Program-made: the position numbers and the translations under genes
Part shown: in pieces, positions 51,244 to 64,000 of the stretch
Layout: each line of letters starts with the position of its first letter
How positions within the stretch are numbered: position 1 is the first letter of the stretch
Notes under the pieces: model-generated
Database searches by the model: none
Seen by the model: only the letters and a program-made list of their open reading frames with translations
What the model was told of the DNA's origin: nothing
Source of the DNA: Octopus bimaculoides
Taxonomy: Eukaryota
NCBI RefSeq assembly: GCF_001194135.2
Contig: NC_068990.1
Coordinates: 70,193,007-70,257,006, forward strand
Direction of reading: 5' to 3'
DNA: 64,000 nt

Positions 51244-52149
51244 TACATATTCTCGACTTACTCTCTCAGCACTTCTTTATACACAATGGTTTATTGTAAA
51301 AGTTTTACCTTGTTTTCTTGCTTGTCTGTTGGTCTCAACTACTATTACTGCTACATTAGATAAATTCCTGGCCCTAGAAAATGCCATATATAATTGACTA
51401 TGATTGAACACAGGATATGACAAACATATTCCAATTTTGTGAAATGTCTGTCCCTATACCTTGTTTACTGTCAGAGAGTAGGACAGCCTTATAGGGAACT
51501 GAACTTGTTCCAAAATGAAATGAAGGTTGGAGTCTTTTAGAGCTAGCTTCATGTGTAAATATTAAGAAGTGCATTCCTTCTTGTGCACCTGTTATTGAAG
51601 TGGCTTCAATGCAATTACTGTGGAGGCTGAAACGTCTTATTGTAGTACATGTCTATTTTTTGAAAAATAATCCTTTTTGTTCTTTTTCTTTTTAGCTAAT
51701 GTCATCTATCGTTGTCCATATTATATAAATAAATGTTTTGACAGAGTAGATGATAATTAATTGCATCAAAGTGCATGTGTTAAGGGAGGGAATTTTAAAA
51801 CATAATAAAAATATGTAAACAAACTACACTGTTCACTGTCCAACCACGAACAAGGCTCAGTCTGAGTTATTTATCAGTTGAGATTATTTTCATTTCTTTT
51901 CACTTCACTTCAGTGATCTATCTGTTGCATATCAATATGTCTATTTGGATAACTTTTATTCTTATTTATTGTACAGTAACATGATTTTTATGTGCTTTTA
52001 ACAGTTTTCTAGTGATTTTACGATTCCAATATTTGTGGCGGACAGACATAAAATCGAGTAAAATGACTTAACTTGATTTTAATTTTTCCATATATTATTT
52101 TTGAAAACTGAAGTATAATTGAGAACGACTCAAGTCGAGGTATGCCTGT
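51244..52149. mobile_element. Possible Tigger/pogo-type element remnant
   Basis: Clear right end AGTCGAGGTATGCCTG|TA (reverse CAGGCATACCTCGACT). Only a degenerate left counterpart (CATACATATTCTCGACTTAC), so the left boundary is uncertain. Confidence 0.4.
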
Positions 52150-53094
52150 ATATATAAAATCCATTATATTTTGCTTTCATTTCCCACTTTGTTAGCATGT
52201 TTTGAGCAGGTTTTTAAAATGTATGTCATACATGTTGTTTCTATATATTCTATGTAAGAGGTTAGTTATTTATTTCTGTATTTGTATGTGACTGGATATT
52301 GCTTTTCCTACCAGTCTTCCCATTCTTTTGTGGATTGAACAAGTGACCAATACAACATCTCTTCACATGTTGCAATGATGGCTTGATGTTTATGAGTACG
52401 TCTTTTCTCTCACCATCTGGAAACTGTATTATAGTAGATAGTAGATGTTAATTTCCATAATATAATAAGCATTTCAAAGATTAAAACTTACAACAGATGT
52501 TAATAGTCCATCTGATTTAGTATTTGTAGGAGCCAAACTTACAGCTTACACTTCTATGTTCAAATCATTTATTGGGTTTTAGGGAGATACAATGGTTAAT
52601 TTTGGCAGAATTGGTATAGTGATGGACAAAACGCTTTGTGTGTTTTGCGGTGTTTAATTGCATTTGTGTGTTCAAATCACACTAGAGAGGACTTAATTTT
52701 CCTTGTTTCTGTGGTAGATAAAATAGAAGTTCAGGAAAAGACTGGGGTCATTAGAATTGGCTACATTCTCTCACATAGCTGGAGGCATTGTACTAAAGTT
52801 AGAAATCAATATTTTGGCCAAGGACAGTATCCAGATGTTATAAATCTCATAATCCACAAGTTGTGATTTATATGCAGCTGAAAGTTGTTTTTGAATTAGA
52901 GAAAAAAAATAATGTTGAAGAACAAGTTTCCTCTAGATTCTAATTGTAATAAAGAAAATATTTTACTGAAGAGTTGTTCATTTAAAATTTTTTACTAGTC
53001 TATTATTGCCAAACAAGCAACCACAACAGTGAAACATGTCGGGAACAAATGATACAAACTAGTGTAATTTCACACACACATATACATTACCTAG

Positions 53095-53555
53095 GAGATG
53101 GTTGCTTTGAAAATATACTAGCTAGAGTAAGAACTGGCTGGAGAAAATGTAGGGGAGTTATTACCATTCCTGACAATAAAGTTAATTTCCCTTAGAGTGA
53201 AGGGTAGATTGTATGATGCTTGTGTTAGAACTGCAATGCTGCTTAGCACTGAGATAGGAGCCTTAAATGTAGAGGTTTGGAGAAGTGAACATGTTTCATT
53301 GGACGTGCAATGTGATTTTGCATAAAAGACATGGTACATAAAACATGGTTCTGAGTGAAAAACAGGGCATAAGAGGAATCAAATGTATGCAAGAAAGAAG
53401 AATGTGTTAGTATGGACATGTGATGTTTGTGGATGAGGATAGTTCTATAAAAAAGTGCAGAAGAGGGAGACCCAAGAAGACATGGGATGAAGTAGTGAAA
53501 GCTGATCTCAGGACCCTGAGCCTGGTGAAGGAAATAAAGAGCTGGAATCTCTGGC
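53095..53555 (+). mobile_element. RTE LINE C-terminal fragment
   Basis: ARVRTGW..SLRVKGRLYDACVRTAML and RRGRPKKTWDEVVKADLRTL. Same family as 57325-58610. Confidence 0.85.
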
Positions 53556-54838
53556 AATATCATCATCGTTTAACGTCTGTTTTCCATGCTGGCATGGGTT
53601 GGACAGTTCGACTGGGGTATGGAAAGCGAGGAGGCTGCACCAGGCACCAGTCTGATCTGGCAATGTTTCTAAAGCTGGATGCCCATGAGGTTTTCAAAAA
53701 GATTTGTGCTGCGAAACTGAGTCCTCGAAGCACTATACATAGTGTATACTGTGCTCTCCACCATGTTACAGTAACTCACCCCCCACCCCTCCCCTGAATC
53801 AGTTTCCTCCCATCATGCTCTATATTTGCATTCCTCCCCATCCTGGTTCTTGCAGGCTCAACCATATCATCCCTCTCTCGTGTCCTCTCTATGTCAGTGC
53901 ATCATTACTAACCTGCCACTCTCTCCCATCCAGCCTGGTCTCTTCTGCATCCCTCTATCTTCTTCAACTCATTGTTCATTCATCCTTCAACCCTATCCAA
54001 ACTTTACAGTGTCTCCCCATTTCTTCATCTTCTACTCCCCAATCAATCTTGCAAACCATTCACTTCTACTCACCTTCTGCTTTAGGAGGTGGGGGTCACT
54101 TGGGTTCCATTATCTGTCTCTTTGGGAAGCCAGCTCATCATTTCTCTTTTCACTTTCTACCCTTCTCCTGCTTAATGCAAGTAGCCATGAAGATCCTCTA
54201 CAAGAAGCTGCTTGAATGACAGGAAATTTATTTTTCTAAGCAAAATATAAGAAAACATTCAAAATTAATAATGCATGGGAAAAAAGAAGAATATTATCTC
54301 CACTGACCCAGCTCTAAGAATACTTTTGTTAATCTTTAAACTTTGCATTGCTTAAGAGGTAAAAAAATCCAACTGAACTTCAAAAGACAGGCAAATGTAA
54401 TAAGAAAGAAAAGTGATTATGGTAAAAGAAGAGATGATTGTTGTAATTAAAATTCATCACATATTTGCCACAAGGAAAAGAAATATGTAAATATTAGAGT
54501 GTTACCTGTCATACGGTGGATAACTTTTGGAAGTATACATTTGCCACCACCATGGGTAATATCAGGAAATATGGCAAACATTTAATAGTTATAATTTAAC
54601 TTTTATTAAATATCTTGGCGCTTATATAAAATGATGAAATTGATACAAATGTTTAAAAGAAAAATATTACCTTGAAATAAAATAAAATTAAATATAAAAA
54701 TTTGTCATTTGTATAGCTCATCGCTTAACCACATTGTCATTTACTTCCTTTTCTCCTGCTACCAAGCCTAGTATGTACACTCATCCTGTTCCTCTTATAT
54801 TAACTCTATCTCTTTTACTTCCTGTATACTGTCTAAAG

Positions 54839-55095
54839 CAGTGGTTCTCAACTGGGGTCCATATGACCCTTGGGGCTCTGTATAAAATGTTGTTTGTTAA
54901 AAATTATGTGAAATATGTTGGTTATTCTTTTACAATACACAAAATATTAAAATTTTTTTATACAATTCTTAATAATATTTAATTATAAAAATACAATAAT
55001 AGGATTTTTTAAAGCATTGAATGGGTATGAGCATCCTCTAGAGTAAAAATAGGAATCAAAAAAGTTCATAGCTAGAAAGTGGCTGAGAACCACTG
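54839..55095. mobile_element. hAT (Charlie-type) MITE
   Basis: TIRs CAGTGGTTCTCA..TGAGAACCACTG. Perfect 8-bp TSD GTCTAAAG at 54831-54838 and 55096-55103. Confidence 0.92.
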
Positions 55096-55147
55096 GTCTA
55101 AAGCATAACTGGAGATATCAGCCAACCAATATTTATACTAGCTATTA

Positions 55148-55397
55148 TTGGGTTGGTGCATAATTATTGCAGCTTTTTCAACAACTTTTATTCAACAAAA
55201 TCAATAACAATATTCAACAAAAACATTTTTAAATGATGCTCTGACCGTCTGCCAAGCAAATGGGAAGCAGTAATTGAAGTAGATGGTGAATATGCTCCGG
55301 AATAATCATTTGAAGGTGTTTTTTTTACATGTTGTTATTGTTTTTGTTAAATAAAATTTGTTGAAAAAAAATCCGCAATAATTATGCACCAACCCAA
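55148..55397 (+). mobile_element. Mariner-derived MITE retaining the transposase C-terminus
   Basis: TIRs TTGGGTTGGTGCATAATTATTGC..GCAATAATTATGCACCAACCCAA, TA on both sides, internal DRLPSKWEAVIEVDGEYAPE*. Confidence 0.92.
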
Positions 55398-57324
55398 TAC
55401 TTTATAGAAATTACATGTTCCTTTTACACGGATTGACCTACACATTTTCAGTATTTGATCACTTTTGAGATAATACAATTTTTTTTAGCATTGATTACCT
55501 TCAAGTCATCTGATTTTCCAACCTTAATATCTTCAGTTCTTTAATTCTTTAATATATTGAACATGCAATATATTTCACCTTAAATATTCCGATATAAAGG
55601 TCCCCTAGCAAAATGTTGATAATTATACTTTACACTAAATTTCTAAGTTTGAACTTAAATATTTATCAATATGTTTCTCTTCTATTTGTATTTTGACTTA
55701 CTTAAGATCCTTCTTCTAGAACTATTACTATTATTTATGGCCTTTCTCCCAGAACTAATACCATTCTCATAGAACCACTATTAACCTATGGCACTCTCTC
55801 CTACTTATGTTCCTTCTACATACATTGCCTTACAGATTTTCAATCTAGAAGGACCTACAAAGGTTATGAGTACTGAACTTCCTTTTCTAATTTGCTCATA
55901 ACAAATATACAGCTACATGACCAAAAAATGTAGAATGCAAGCATAATTCTTGACTAAAAAAGAAATGCAACTATTCATATAGAAATATGAGTTTCTTATG
56001 ATTCCTGTATTTTCTCTAATTTTCAGAATTTTTAAAACAATTTATTTCTGCTTTCTATTTAATCCCAATATTGTCCTCTCTCTTCAATTTTTTCATGAAG
56101 CTTAATTATTTTTTATTAGAAATTTCTTAACATAATTAGGTTCAGGCACTGATGTGTGATTAAGAAGCTTGCTTTGCAGCCATGTGGTTTTGGGTTCAGT
56201 CCCACTGTGCAACACTTTGGGGAAGTGTTTTCTATAGCTGCAAGCTGACTAGTTTCTTACAAGTGAATTTGGCAGATGAAAACTGTGTGGAAGCTTGCCA
56301 CTATCTATATCTCTCTCTTCCTTTACTCAACTATCTCATTTATAGTCTGATCTCTGTTCCTTGTCAGTATGCCCAGCATTTTGCCACCATCTCCGTCCTG
56401 TGGTCTCCTACTCTCTCTCTCTCTCTCTCTCCTGCACTTCCCTCAGGTCGGGCAACTGTGTATTTTCTTTGCGGTAGCACACCTGTTTCTGTCTTCATTC
56501 GTGATCTTTCCCTCTCTGGCCAGGTAACCTTGTGCTTCCTCTACGGCAAGACACTTGCATCTGTCTCACTATAACCTTTTCATCATCACTGCTTCCAACT
56601 TGTACGTGAAAGAAGAAAGTATTTGACAGCTCTCAAAAAGACATTAATTCCATCTCTTCTTGAGGCCATTTATATCTTCAGGACTGTTGGAAATAATCTG
56701 AAGGCATGAAGTTTGTCAATCTATTAGACATAGAAGAGAGCCAGCAGTTTGAAGAAATTCAGTATCAGCTCAACAATAAGAATGGCTCAAGAAACTATCT
56801 TCTATTGAAGGAGTCAAAGCTATGTCTGTTTTACAATAATGGGGGAGGGGAAAAGTATCTTCTATCAGAGTTTCCAGTTGGCCCAAACCTTGGAAATGAG
56901 GCTGAGTTGATGTAAACTGTGCAAAACCAGTCTATGAGACAAACAATACTTATTCTTAGATGGCTAGTAGATTTAATCTGTTATCTGGTCTTACAGTTTC
57001 ACATGCGGATATTTGAGTTGGATCTTCCGTTTCTTCATCCACCCCTCTTTCTCACCAGTTTCTGAGATCCTGCAGAAAGGTCCTTCTCAGAATAAGTCAT
57101 AGAAAAATAGCTTTCCCATCAAAGAATTCTGTTATATACAAGCAATAGAAGACAAGTATCTAGAAGGTAGAGCAAAAATTTGTAAACTGTTGTAGAGATC
57201 TTATTCTGGATATAAAAAAGTAAAATAAACATTGATTACAGAAAGCAATTTCTTCAAAAATGTTATCTTCGTAGATGACTCAGAGAAGTTTTTCTCTCCT
57301 CCCAGATAGCCATCTGAAAAATAT

Positions 57325-58610
57325 GCCTAGGAGAACCACTACTGATGCTATCATCCTCATAAAGCAAGTGCAGGAGAAGCATCCTGCTAAAAATAGACCT
57401 CTTTACTTGGTTTTTGTCGACATGGAGAAAGCCTTTGACAGGATCCCTTGCTCCCTTATCTGGTGGTCAATGCAGAAGCTATAAATAGAGGAGTGAGAGT
57501 TGTACAAGCCATGTACAGGGATGTTGTCAGTAAGGTGAAAGTCGGCAATTGGTATAGCAACAAAGTACAAGTAAGAGTTCACCAAGGATCAGTTCTCAGC
57601 CCCCTCTTGTTTATCATTGTTTTACAAGCCATGAGAGAAGAATTTAAGACTGGCTGTCCTTGGAAGCTTCTTTACACTGATGACCTTGTTCTTATTGTTA
57701 AACCACTACCAGAGCTAGAGAAGTAATTTTGGGTGTGGAAACAAGGTCTGGAATCAAAGGGCCTTAGCGTTAATTTAGTAAAGACCAAAGTCCTAGTGAG
57801 TAGGAAAACAGACAAACTACTAATCCCCTCAAGAGAAAAGGTGTAGGTAGAAATTCGATATGATGTACCCAGTGCAAGCTATGGCCACATAAGAAGTGCA
57901 GTGGTATCACAGACAAGTTAGCAGAGAACAAAGTTTTTGTGTATGACAGTTTTGCAGGTTCAATAAACACTAAGAATATACAGAAAATAGACCTCCTCCA
58001 ATGTCCAGAGGTTCCTTAGAAGTAGTAGATTACTTCTGTTACCCAGGCAACCAAGTCAGCAGTGGAGGTGGATGCTCTGAAAGCATAGTTGCTAGAATAA
58101 GAATGGGCTGTTCAGAGAGTTACTATTGTTGTTGGTGACAAAAGGCTTCTCCCTCAGGGTGAAAGATAGGTTGTATGATGCCTGTGTACAGACAGCTATG
58201 CTACATGGCAGTGAAACATGGGTTGTGACTAAAGAGGACATGTGAAGGCTTGAAAAAAAATTAAGCTAGCATGCTCCACTGGATGGGTATGTTAGGTCAG
58301 TGCATGTACAACAAGTGTCAATGATTTTAGAGGATAATTGGGTATAAGAAGCATTAGATGTAGTGTGCAAGAGAGAAGACTGCTGGTATGGTCATGTGAT
58401 GTGTATGGATGAGGATAGCTGCATAAAGAAGTGCTGATCTCAAATTGTGGAGGGAACCTGCTGAAGAGGTAGACCCAGGAAGACATGGGAAGAAGTGAAA
58501 AATGATCTTCAGATGTTGAACTTCGCAGAGGAGATGACAAGGGTCCAAGGCCTCTGGTGTTTTGCTGTGCTTGAGAAGTCATATTGAGCTAAGTAAAATT
58601 GTTGACATCC
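57325..58610 (+). mobile_element. 5'-truncated, disabled RTE-clade LINE (RT and C-terminal region)
   Basis: MPRRTTTDAI..LYLVFVDMEKAFDRIP, VHQGSVLSPLLF, LLYTDDLVL, later YDACVQTAMLHGSETW and a GRPRKTW-like motif. Frameshifts and stops throughout. Confidence 0.92.
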
Positions 58611-59543
58611 ATATATATAGGCATATCCTTTATGACCATACCTGCCTCATGCATACATAATCTGTCCTCTGCCAAAACACCTCAACAATTCATCTCCCCC
58701 ACCACCACCACCTCCATTCCACTACTTGTGGTTACCTCTCATTGCAACCCCTCCACTCTCCCTCTTGTGCAGATAGGCACACTCTTCATGTTCTAACACC
58801 ATACTCCCTCCCACAACTCCATTTTCTCTCAACATTACTTATAACAGTCAGTTTTCCTCACCTCTAAACATCTCCCTTCACACTTTTATTGTACATTCCC
58901 CTCACTGTTCTGTGTAGATAAGCCTTTATATGGTCGTTTGATTGTTAGAAATAGCAGCAATTTCTTTTTTAATTTATACTCCACTGATTTAAGAATATCT
59001 AAGTGTGCGTGTGCCTTCCAAATATTGACATTCTGCCGTGGTATCACTTGTCACCAGCTGAGAAAAATGTTGATAGGATGTGTACATTCCTTGTGGACAT
59101 TATGACTAGGTAAAAAGTTGGTAACAAGAATAGCATCTGATTGTTAAATTCTGGCTCAAGTTCCCATATAATCCATGCTATCATGGAGAAACATTCATTG
59201 AATGAGGGAACAAATGTGTGTCTGTGTATCCTTACAACCACTGGGCTTGTGGCAGTGATGTTCATATCTTCTATAAAAAGCAAGTCTGACAGCTTGGTGG
59301 TTCAACATGTGAATACATGGAATAAAGTACTTGGAAACAAGGAAAGTCTGGTGCTGGGAAAGGAATCTGGCTTTAGACTACTGCCTCAAGATGTCTCATG
59401 CCAGCATGGAAAAAGCAAACAGAAATGTTAATGATAAAAAAGATGGGATGGTCATTGCTAGAAGGCTTTTGATAAGTTTATTCATTCAGGACTAGCCAGA
59501 GGCTAAACAGCAGCTATGAAGAATTTTGAGAAGAGCATCCCTT

Positions 59544-59584
<41 letters not shown>

Positions 59585-60828
59585 GTTTATTCATTTCAGA
59601 CTGGCAATATTCCAAACTGATAATGCTCCTGCCTGTTTTACCAAATTCACTAAATTATTTCTCTAACTTCTCACACAAACACACATACATACTTTGTATG
59701 TGTTTGTATAAGCGATTTAGTATTTCTTTTGTCTACACATGTGTGTTGTGTTCACTGTTTTGTAAACAATGACTTTGCTAATGATGTTATTTGCTTGCTT
59801 TTCACTATGAAACATGTCCAGGTTTCTTGACATGTCTTGAGATGTTGCAGGACCATTATAAACAAGAAGCGGATTTCAGTCATTTATTTCCAGTTCTTTA
59901 TGATAATATGTCCAGGCCATTTGTTGTTTAATAAACTAGGAGATTATTACCTTACTTTGAAACAGAGATGGGGGTTGGCAATAAGAGGGACACCTATTCA
60001 TAAAAATCTCTGCTTTAACATACTTCCGTCTGACCCAATGCAAACATGGAAAAATAGATGTTAAAATGATGCTGATGATGATATTCTTTGTCAACAAATC
60101 ATTTACGAGATCTGCACCTGCTACATGTAATGGTTAATTATATAAGGTGTAAAAACCATACTGCACAAAGCAACATGCAGTGGTTAATTGTACAAAGTAG
60201 ACTGTGACAATCTGTTCATGTACTCTTTTCACTGTCCAATCTATTTTTGTATACCTCTTGTTTATATAGCCCCAGATTAACCTGGTTAAGGAGACCTGTG
60301 ACCAAAGGTGTTCCAGATATGACTACATCATCTATTTGCTTATCACAGATAAATCATTCTTTATTTAAAAGAGTAGGGTGCAACCTTAAAGAGATTTGGC
60401 TGGTATTTCCACCAGGCTGAATGACCACATAAAGGCTCTTTATGGTTTGTTGTTGTTCATAGAGCAGATATATAATTAAAGATGCTCCAGCCATGATCGT
60501 CCACATTTTTCTCTTTTTTGACTTACATTGTCTGATTTGTCCTTTCTTGTTCAAAACATGGTTTGGTGTGATTTGGCTCTTTCTAAGATTCTAGCTGTAT
60601 CCAGAGTGAACACTGCCAGTCTCCAACAGTTGTTCTGCACTTGATAGAATTCTCTACTTAGAAGGCAGCAGATTGGCAAAAATGGCAGATCAGATGAAAT
60701 AAATGTCTTATAGCACTCAGGTCCATTGAGACACACAAGCCACCAAAGAGCAACAATGACTGGACCTTGTGATGGATTTTTTACAGTGTATTGGATACAT
60801 TTTCTAGTGGTGCCAAAACTTGAGAGAA

Positions 60829-60860
<32 letters not shown>

Positions 60861-61165
60861 GTAAAGTAGAATAAGAAATAGAAAGTCATTGGTACAGTAT
60901 TGTATATTTGAAAAAATAAATAGAAATGGATTTTCTGATTATTTTTCCACGAACACACCAGCATTGCTTCTCAAGTGACAGTGGGGGAACAAACACACAC
61001 AAATATATACATACATTATGCAATGTTTTCATAACAAAAAGCAATAGAAAACTCCTGCTGAGTCACATGTATTTACTTAGAATCAATTTTTTTCATGTGC
61101 AACAAGTGTTCAATGTGACCACCACCTGCAGCATAGGCAACATCAATACCACAAGAGAATTCCTC

Positions 61166-61209
<44 letters not shown>

Positions 61210-61540
61210 NNNNNNNNNNNNNNNNNNNNNNNNNNNNNNNNNNNNNNNNNNNNNNNNNNNNNNNNNNNNNNNNNNNNNNNNNNNNNNNNNNNNNNNNNNN
61301 NNNNNNNNNNNNNNNNNNNNNNNNNNNNNNNNNNNNNNNNNNNNNNNNNNNNNNNNNNNNNNNNNNNNNNNNNNNNNNNNNNNNNNNNNNNNNNNNNNNN
61401 NNNNNNNNNNNNNNNNNNNNNNNNNNNNNNNNNNNNNNNNNNNNNNNNNNNNNNNNNNNNNNNNNNNNNNNNNNNNNNNNNNNNNNNNNNNNNNNNNNNN
61501 NNNNNNNNNNNNNNNNNNNNNNNNNNNNNNNNNNNNNNNN
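61210..61540. other. Assembly gap
   Basis: Run of N. Confidence 1.
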
Positions 61541-61571
61541 ATATATATTACAGTTCTACATTTAAAAGATG

Positions 61572-61790
61572 AGGAATTATGTACATTATTTACATTTCAC
61601 GGATATTTGTCTTCATCTTGTTTGTTGTTAACACAATGCTTCAGCTGATATACCCTCCAGCCTTCATCAGGTGTCTTGGGGAAACTTCTCATTCCTACAG
61701 TATTTTTCTATGTTATTATTATTATTATTCAGGTTACTGCCTGGAATCGAACTCTGAATCTTAGGGTTAGTAGCTCATGCTCTTAACCCC
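61572..61790 (-). mobile_element. tRNA-headed SINE with an (AAT)n linker and a hammerhead-motif tail
   Basis: Minus strand reads GGTTAAGAGC..CTACTAA..GAGTTCGATTCC, (AAT)5, then GACAC-CTGATGA-A-GGCTG-GAGGGTATAT-CAGCT-GAAG-CATT-GTGTT. The tail is homologous to both arms at 23037-23432. Confidence 0.7.
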
Positions 61791-61792
61791 AA

Positions 61793-61832
<40 letters not shown>

Positions 61833-64000
61833 TGTTCACATGCACACACATAAATAAATAGTAATTGCTAAAAGGAAGAGAAGCTCTAAATTTTATAGTG
61901 AAGCATTTATTTCAGTACACAATCATCATCATCATCAACGTTTAACATCCGCTTTCCATGCTGACATGAGTAAAGAAAACTGGTTAAACTTATCTTGAAA
62001 GTTTTGAATCTTTTAATTAATGTATAAATGAGCTAAAGACCTCATGTGCATCAATTGGAAATGATCTTGAGGCATTTCTGTTGCAAACAAACAGAGAAAA
62101 TCTGAAGAGTGACATTGATCTCCTGTAAATGTCATGAACGTTCCCCAACTAAATTAAAGAATGTGAACAAAAAGACATCTTCCATACTGAAACAATATTT
62201 TTTGAGTTTAGATGTTTTCATAATGCTTTTTATATCTTTGTTTTTTTATAATATCATTTTCTGTTGACAAAATTGCTCAAGAATTTAATCTACTTTTTCA
62301 ATATTTGAAAGATTCCTTATATATGACAACACTTTGGGCAACTGTCCCTGGGTTGTGCCAGTCTATGTCCTTCTACAGGCATCAGTGTAGGAAATTAATA
62401 TTTACTTCTAAACTTTTGAAGCATAAATGAAACTCATAGACACTTCCTATTCTTCAAAATATTTCTCACTCAACCAATTTATTCCACATCATAAAGTTAA
62501 TTAAAAAAAGCAAAACAACTTTTTAAAAATTTACATGGTTATTTATAGATTATTTTAGCTTATGCATGTATACTTTTTATTTTGCAACCTGCAGAGTATT
62601 ATGTATGTGTGAGGTGGGAAGGGTCAAAGTTGATCTCAAATACTTTAATACACCATAGATGTTTATAATATATCAAAAATTCTTCTGCTGTAATGTCATC
62701 TTGATTTAATATTCATTTCACTGACTCATGTTGCTTACTGCACACCTCACAGCATTTTAACATTTATCTGCATTTCCACTTGAATGGTTGAACTTATGTA
62801 AGACATTTTAACCTCCCTCTTGAGCATATATATATGTGTGTGTGTGTCTGTGTGCATTTATATACATAGGTAAGGCTTAGCTGTGTGGTTAAGAAGTTTG
62901 CTTTTGGAACCATGTGGGTTTGGATTCAGGTCCATTGCGTAGACACCATTAGCTGGTAACTTCTGCTATAGCCACAGTTTAACCTACACTTTGCAAGTGA
63001 AATATGGTAGAGGGAAACTGGAAGAGGTTTATCATGTTTGTGAGTGAATGTGTGTTCCCCATGTTTTGATATGCATGGTAATTGTAAACAAAGATTTCTG
63101 TTCATAGAAAAGGGTGTCATTTATTTACTGTTCTTCATGAAAAACAATGTCCAGTTTGATAGATTTGGATAAAAATATAAACTTTCTTGTGAATAAGTGA
63201 GGAATGGTGACAAGAAGAGCAACAAGCCATAGAAAATTCTGCCTCAGTGTTGTTTCCTATAACCTATGCTTGCATGGAAATGTAAATATCAACATGTCCC
63301 TGTGAACATCCCTTTGACTTTTGTTGTTTTTATATTTGATTTAATCATTTGTTATTGGTTTGCCTATATATATATTTCATATAAAAATTAGTGTATATTT
63401 AAACACAAGGAGGCGAGCCTTAACAGGTCGCCTTACATACTAGAAGGAACAGTCAAAAAGTCTAAACCACAATTAAGAGCAATTTCGAAAGGAATGAAAA
63501 ATAAAAACATTTACTATGTTTTACAGCCAGACCTTAGGTTTCTAACTTCAATTAGCGAATAAAATAATATGCAAGGCGAAGTTCTCATCAGCAGATACGC
63601 CAAAACATTAACATATATAATTAGTGTGTGTGTGTCTATGTATTTTGCTTGGAAGCAGGGGAGTGTTGTTGACAGGAAAGGCTTCAGCTGTTTTTGACCC
63701 ATGAAAACATGGAAAAAAAAAAAGTGGATGTTAAATAATGATTTTATATATATATATATATATATATACCTTTAATTCCCTCTGCATGCCTTGAAATTAT
63801 GTACTTTACCTTATTTTACTTTTGCGTCATTTATTATATATACATGCCATTTAATTTGCCGCATTCACGCATATTTCCAAGCTCACAAGTCATTTTATAC
63901 ACCCATGTAAATAACATGCATCTGCTGCCCGACTAAGACTTGTTTTCTTTTTTTAACCTCTAGGCTTTTCGATTTCAAGTTATATCGAAATTTTCCTTTT

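Noticed and set aside
50945-51300. Sequence resembling the 3'UTR end of a minus-strand gene (TTTATT motifs)
   Set aside because: No minus-strand coding exons were found to its right, and AATAAA is frequent by chance in AT-rich DNA.
52005-52145. Apparent plus-strand exon ending GAG|GTATGC
   Set aside because: The donor is part of a Tigger-like terminal repeat (CAGGCATACCTCG reversed), and all frames stop within the putative exon.
56660-56920. ORF MKFVNLLDIEES.. (+) and a faint CR1/L2-like RT trace (-)
   Set aside because: No splice context or recognisable domain on plus. The minus-strand similarity (SFDSFN..SNR..WPQE) is too degenerate to call without a search.
61741-61790. tRNA gene
   Set aside because: It has A/B boxes and an anticodon-like loop but no complete cloverleaf or terminator, and it is fused to a repeat tail, so it was called a SINE head.

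Overview
AT-rich metazoan genomic DNA with four N-gaps, many microsatellites and dense, mostly decayed transposons. The repeat families (tRNA-headed CORE-type and Nin/Deu-type SINEs, RTE LINEs, TTAA MITEs) suggest an Octopus-like cephalopod; this is inference, not a database match. One protein-coding gene is well supported: the 5' end of a minus-strand MAP1/futsch-family microtubule-associated protein gene. Coding exon 1 is 42816-42708, exon 2 is 8543-8445, intron 1 is 34.2 kb, and I found no further exons in the window. Main observations: (i) a candidate alternative first coding exon (14822-14792) in an intronic CpG-retaining island that splices in frame to exon 2; (ii) an in-frame uORF whose UAG could be opened by A-to-I editing; (iii) a tRNA-headed SINE whose tail carries a Penelope-type minimal hammerhead motif, with a ~190-bp-arm inverted pair of the same tail inside the MAP1 intron; (iv) several MITEs with intact TIRs and TSDs. 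Almost all ORFs in the supplied track are spurious or TE remnants. No rRNA, genuine tRNA or CRISPR array was seen. All alignments and counts were made by eye.
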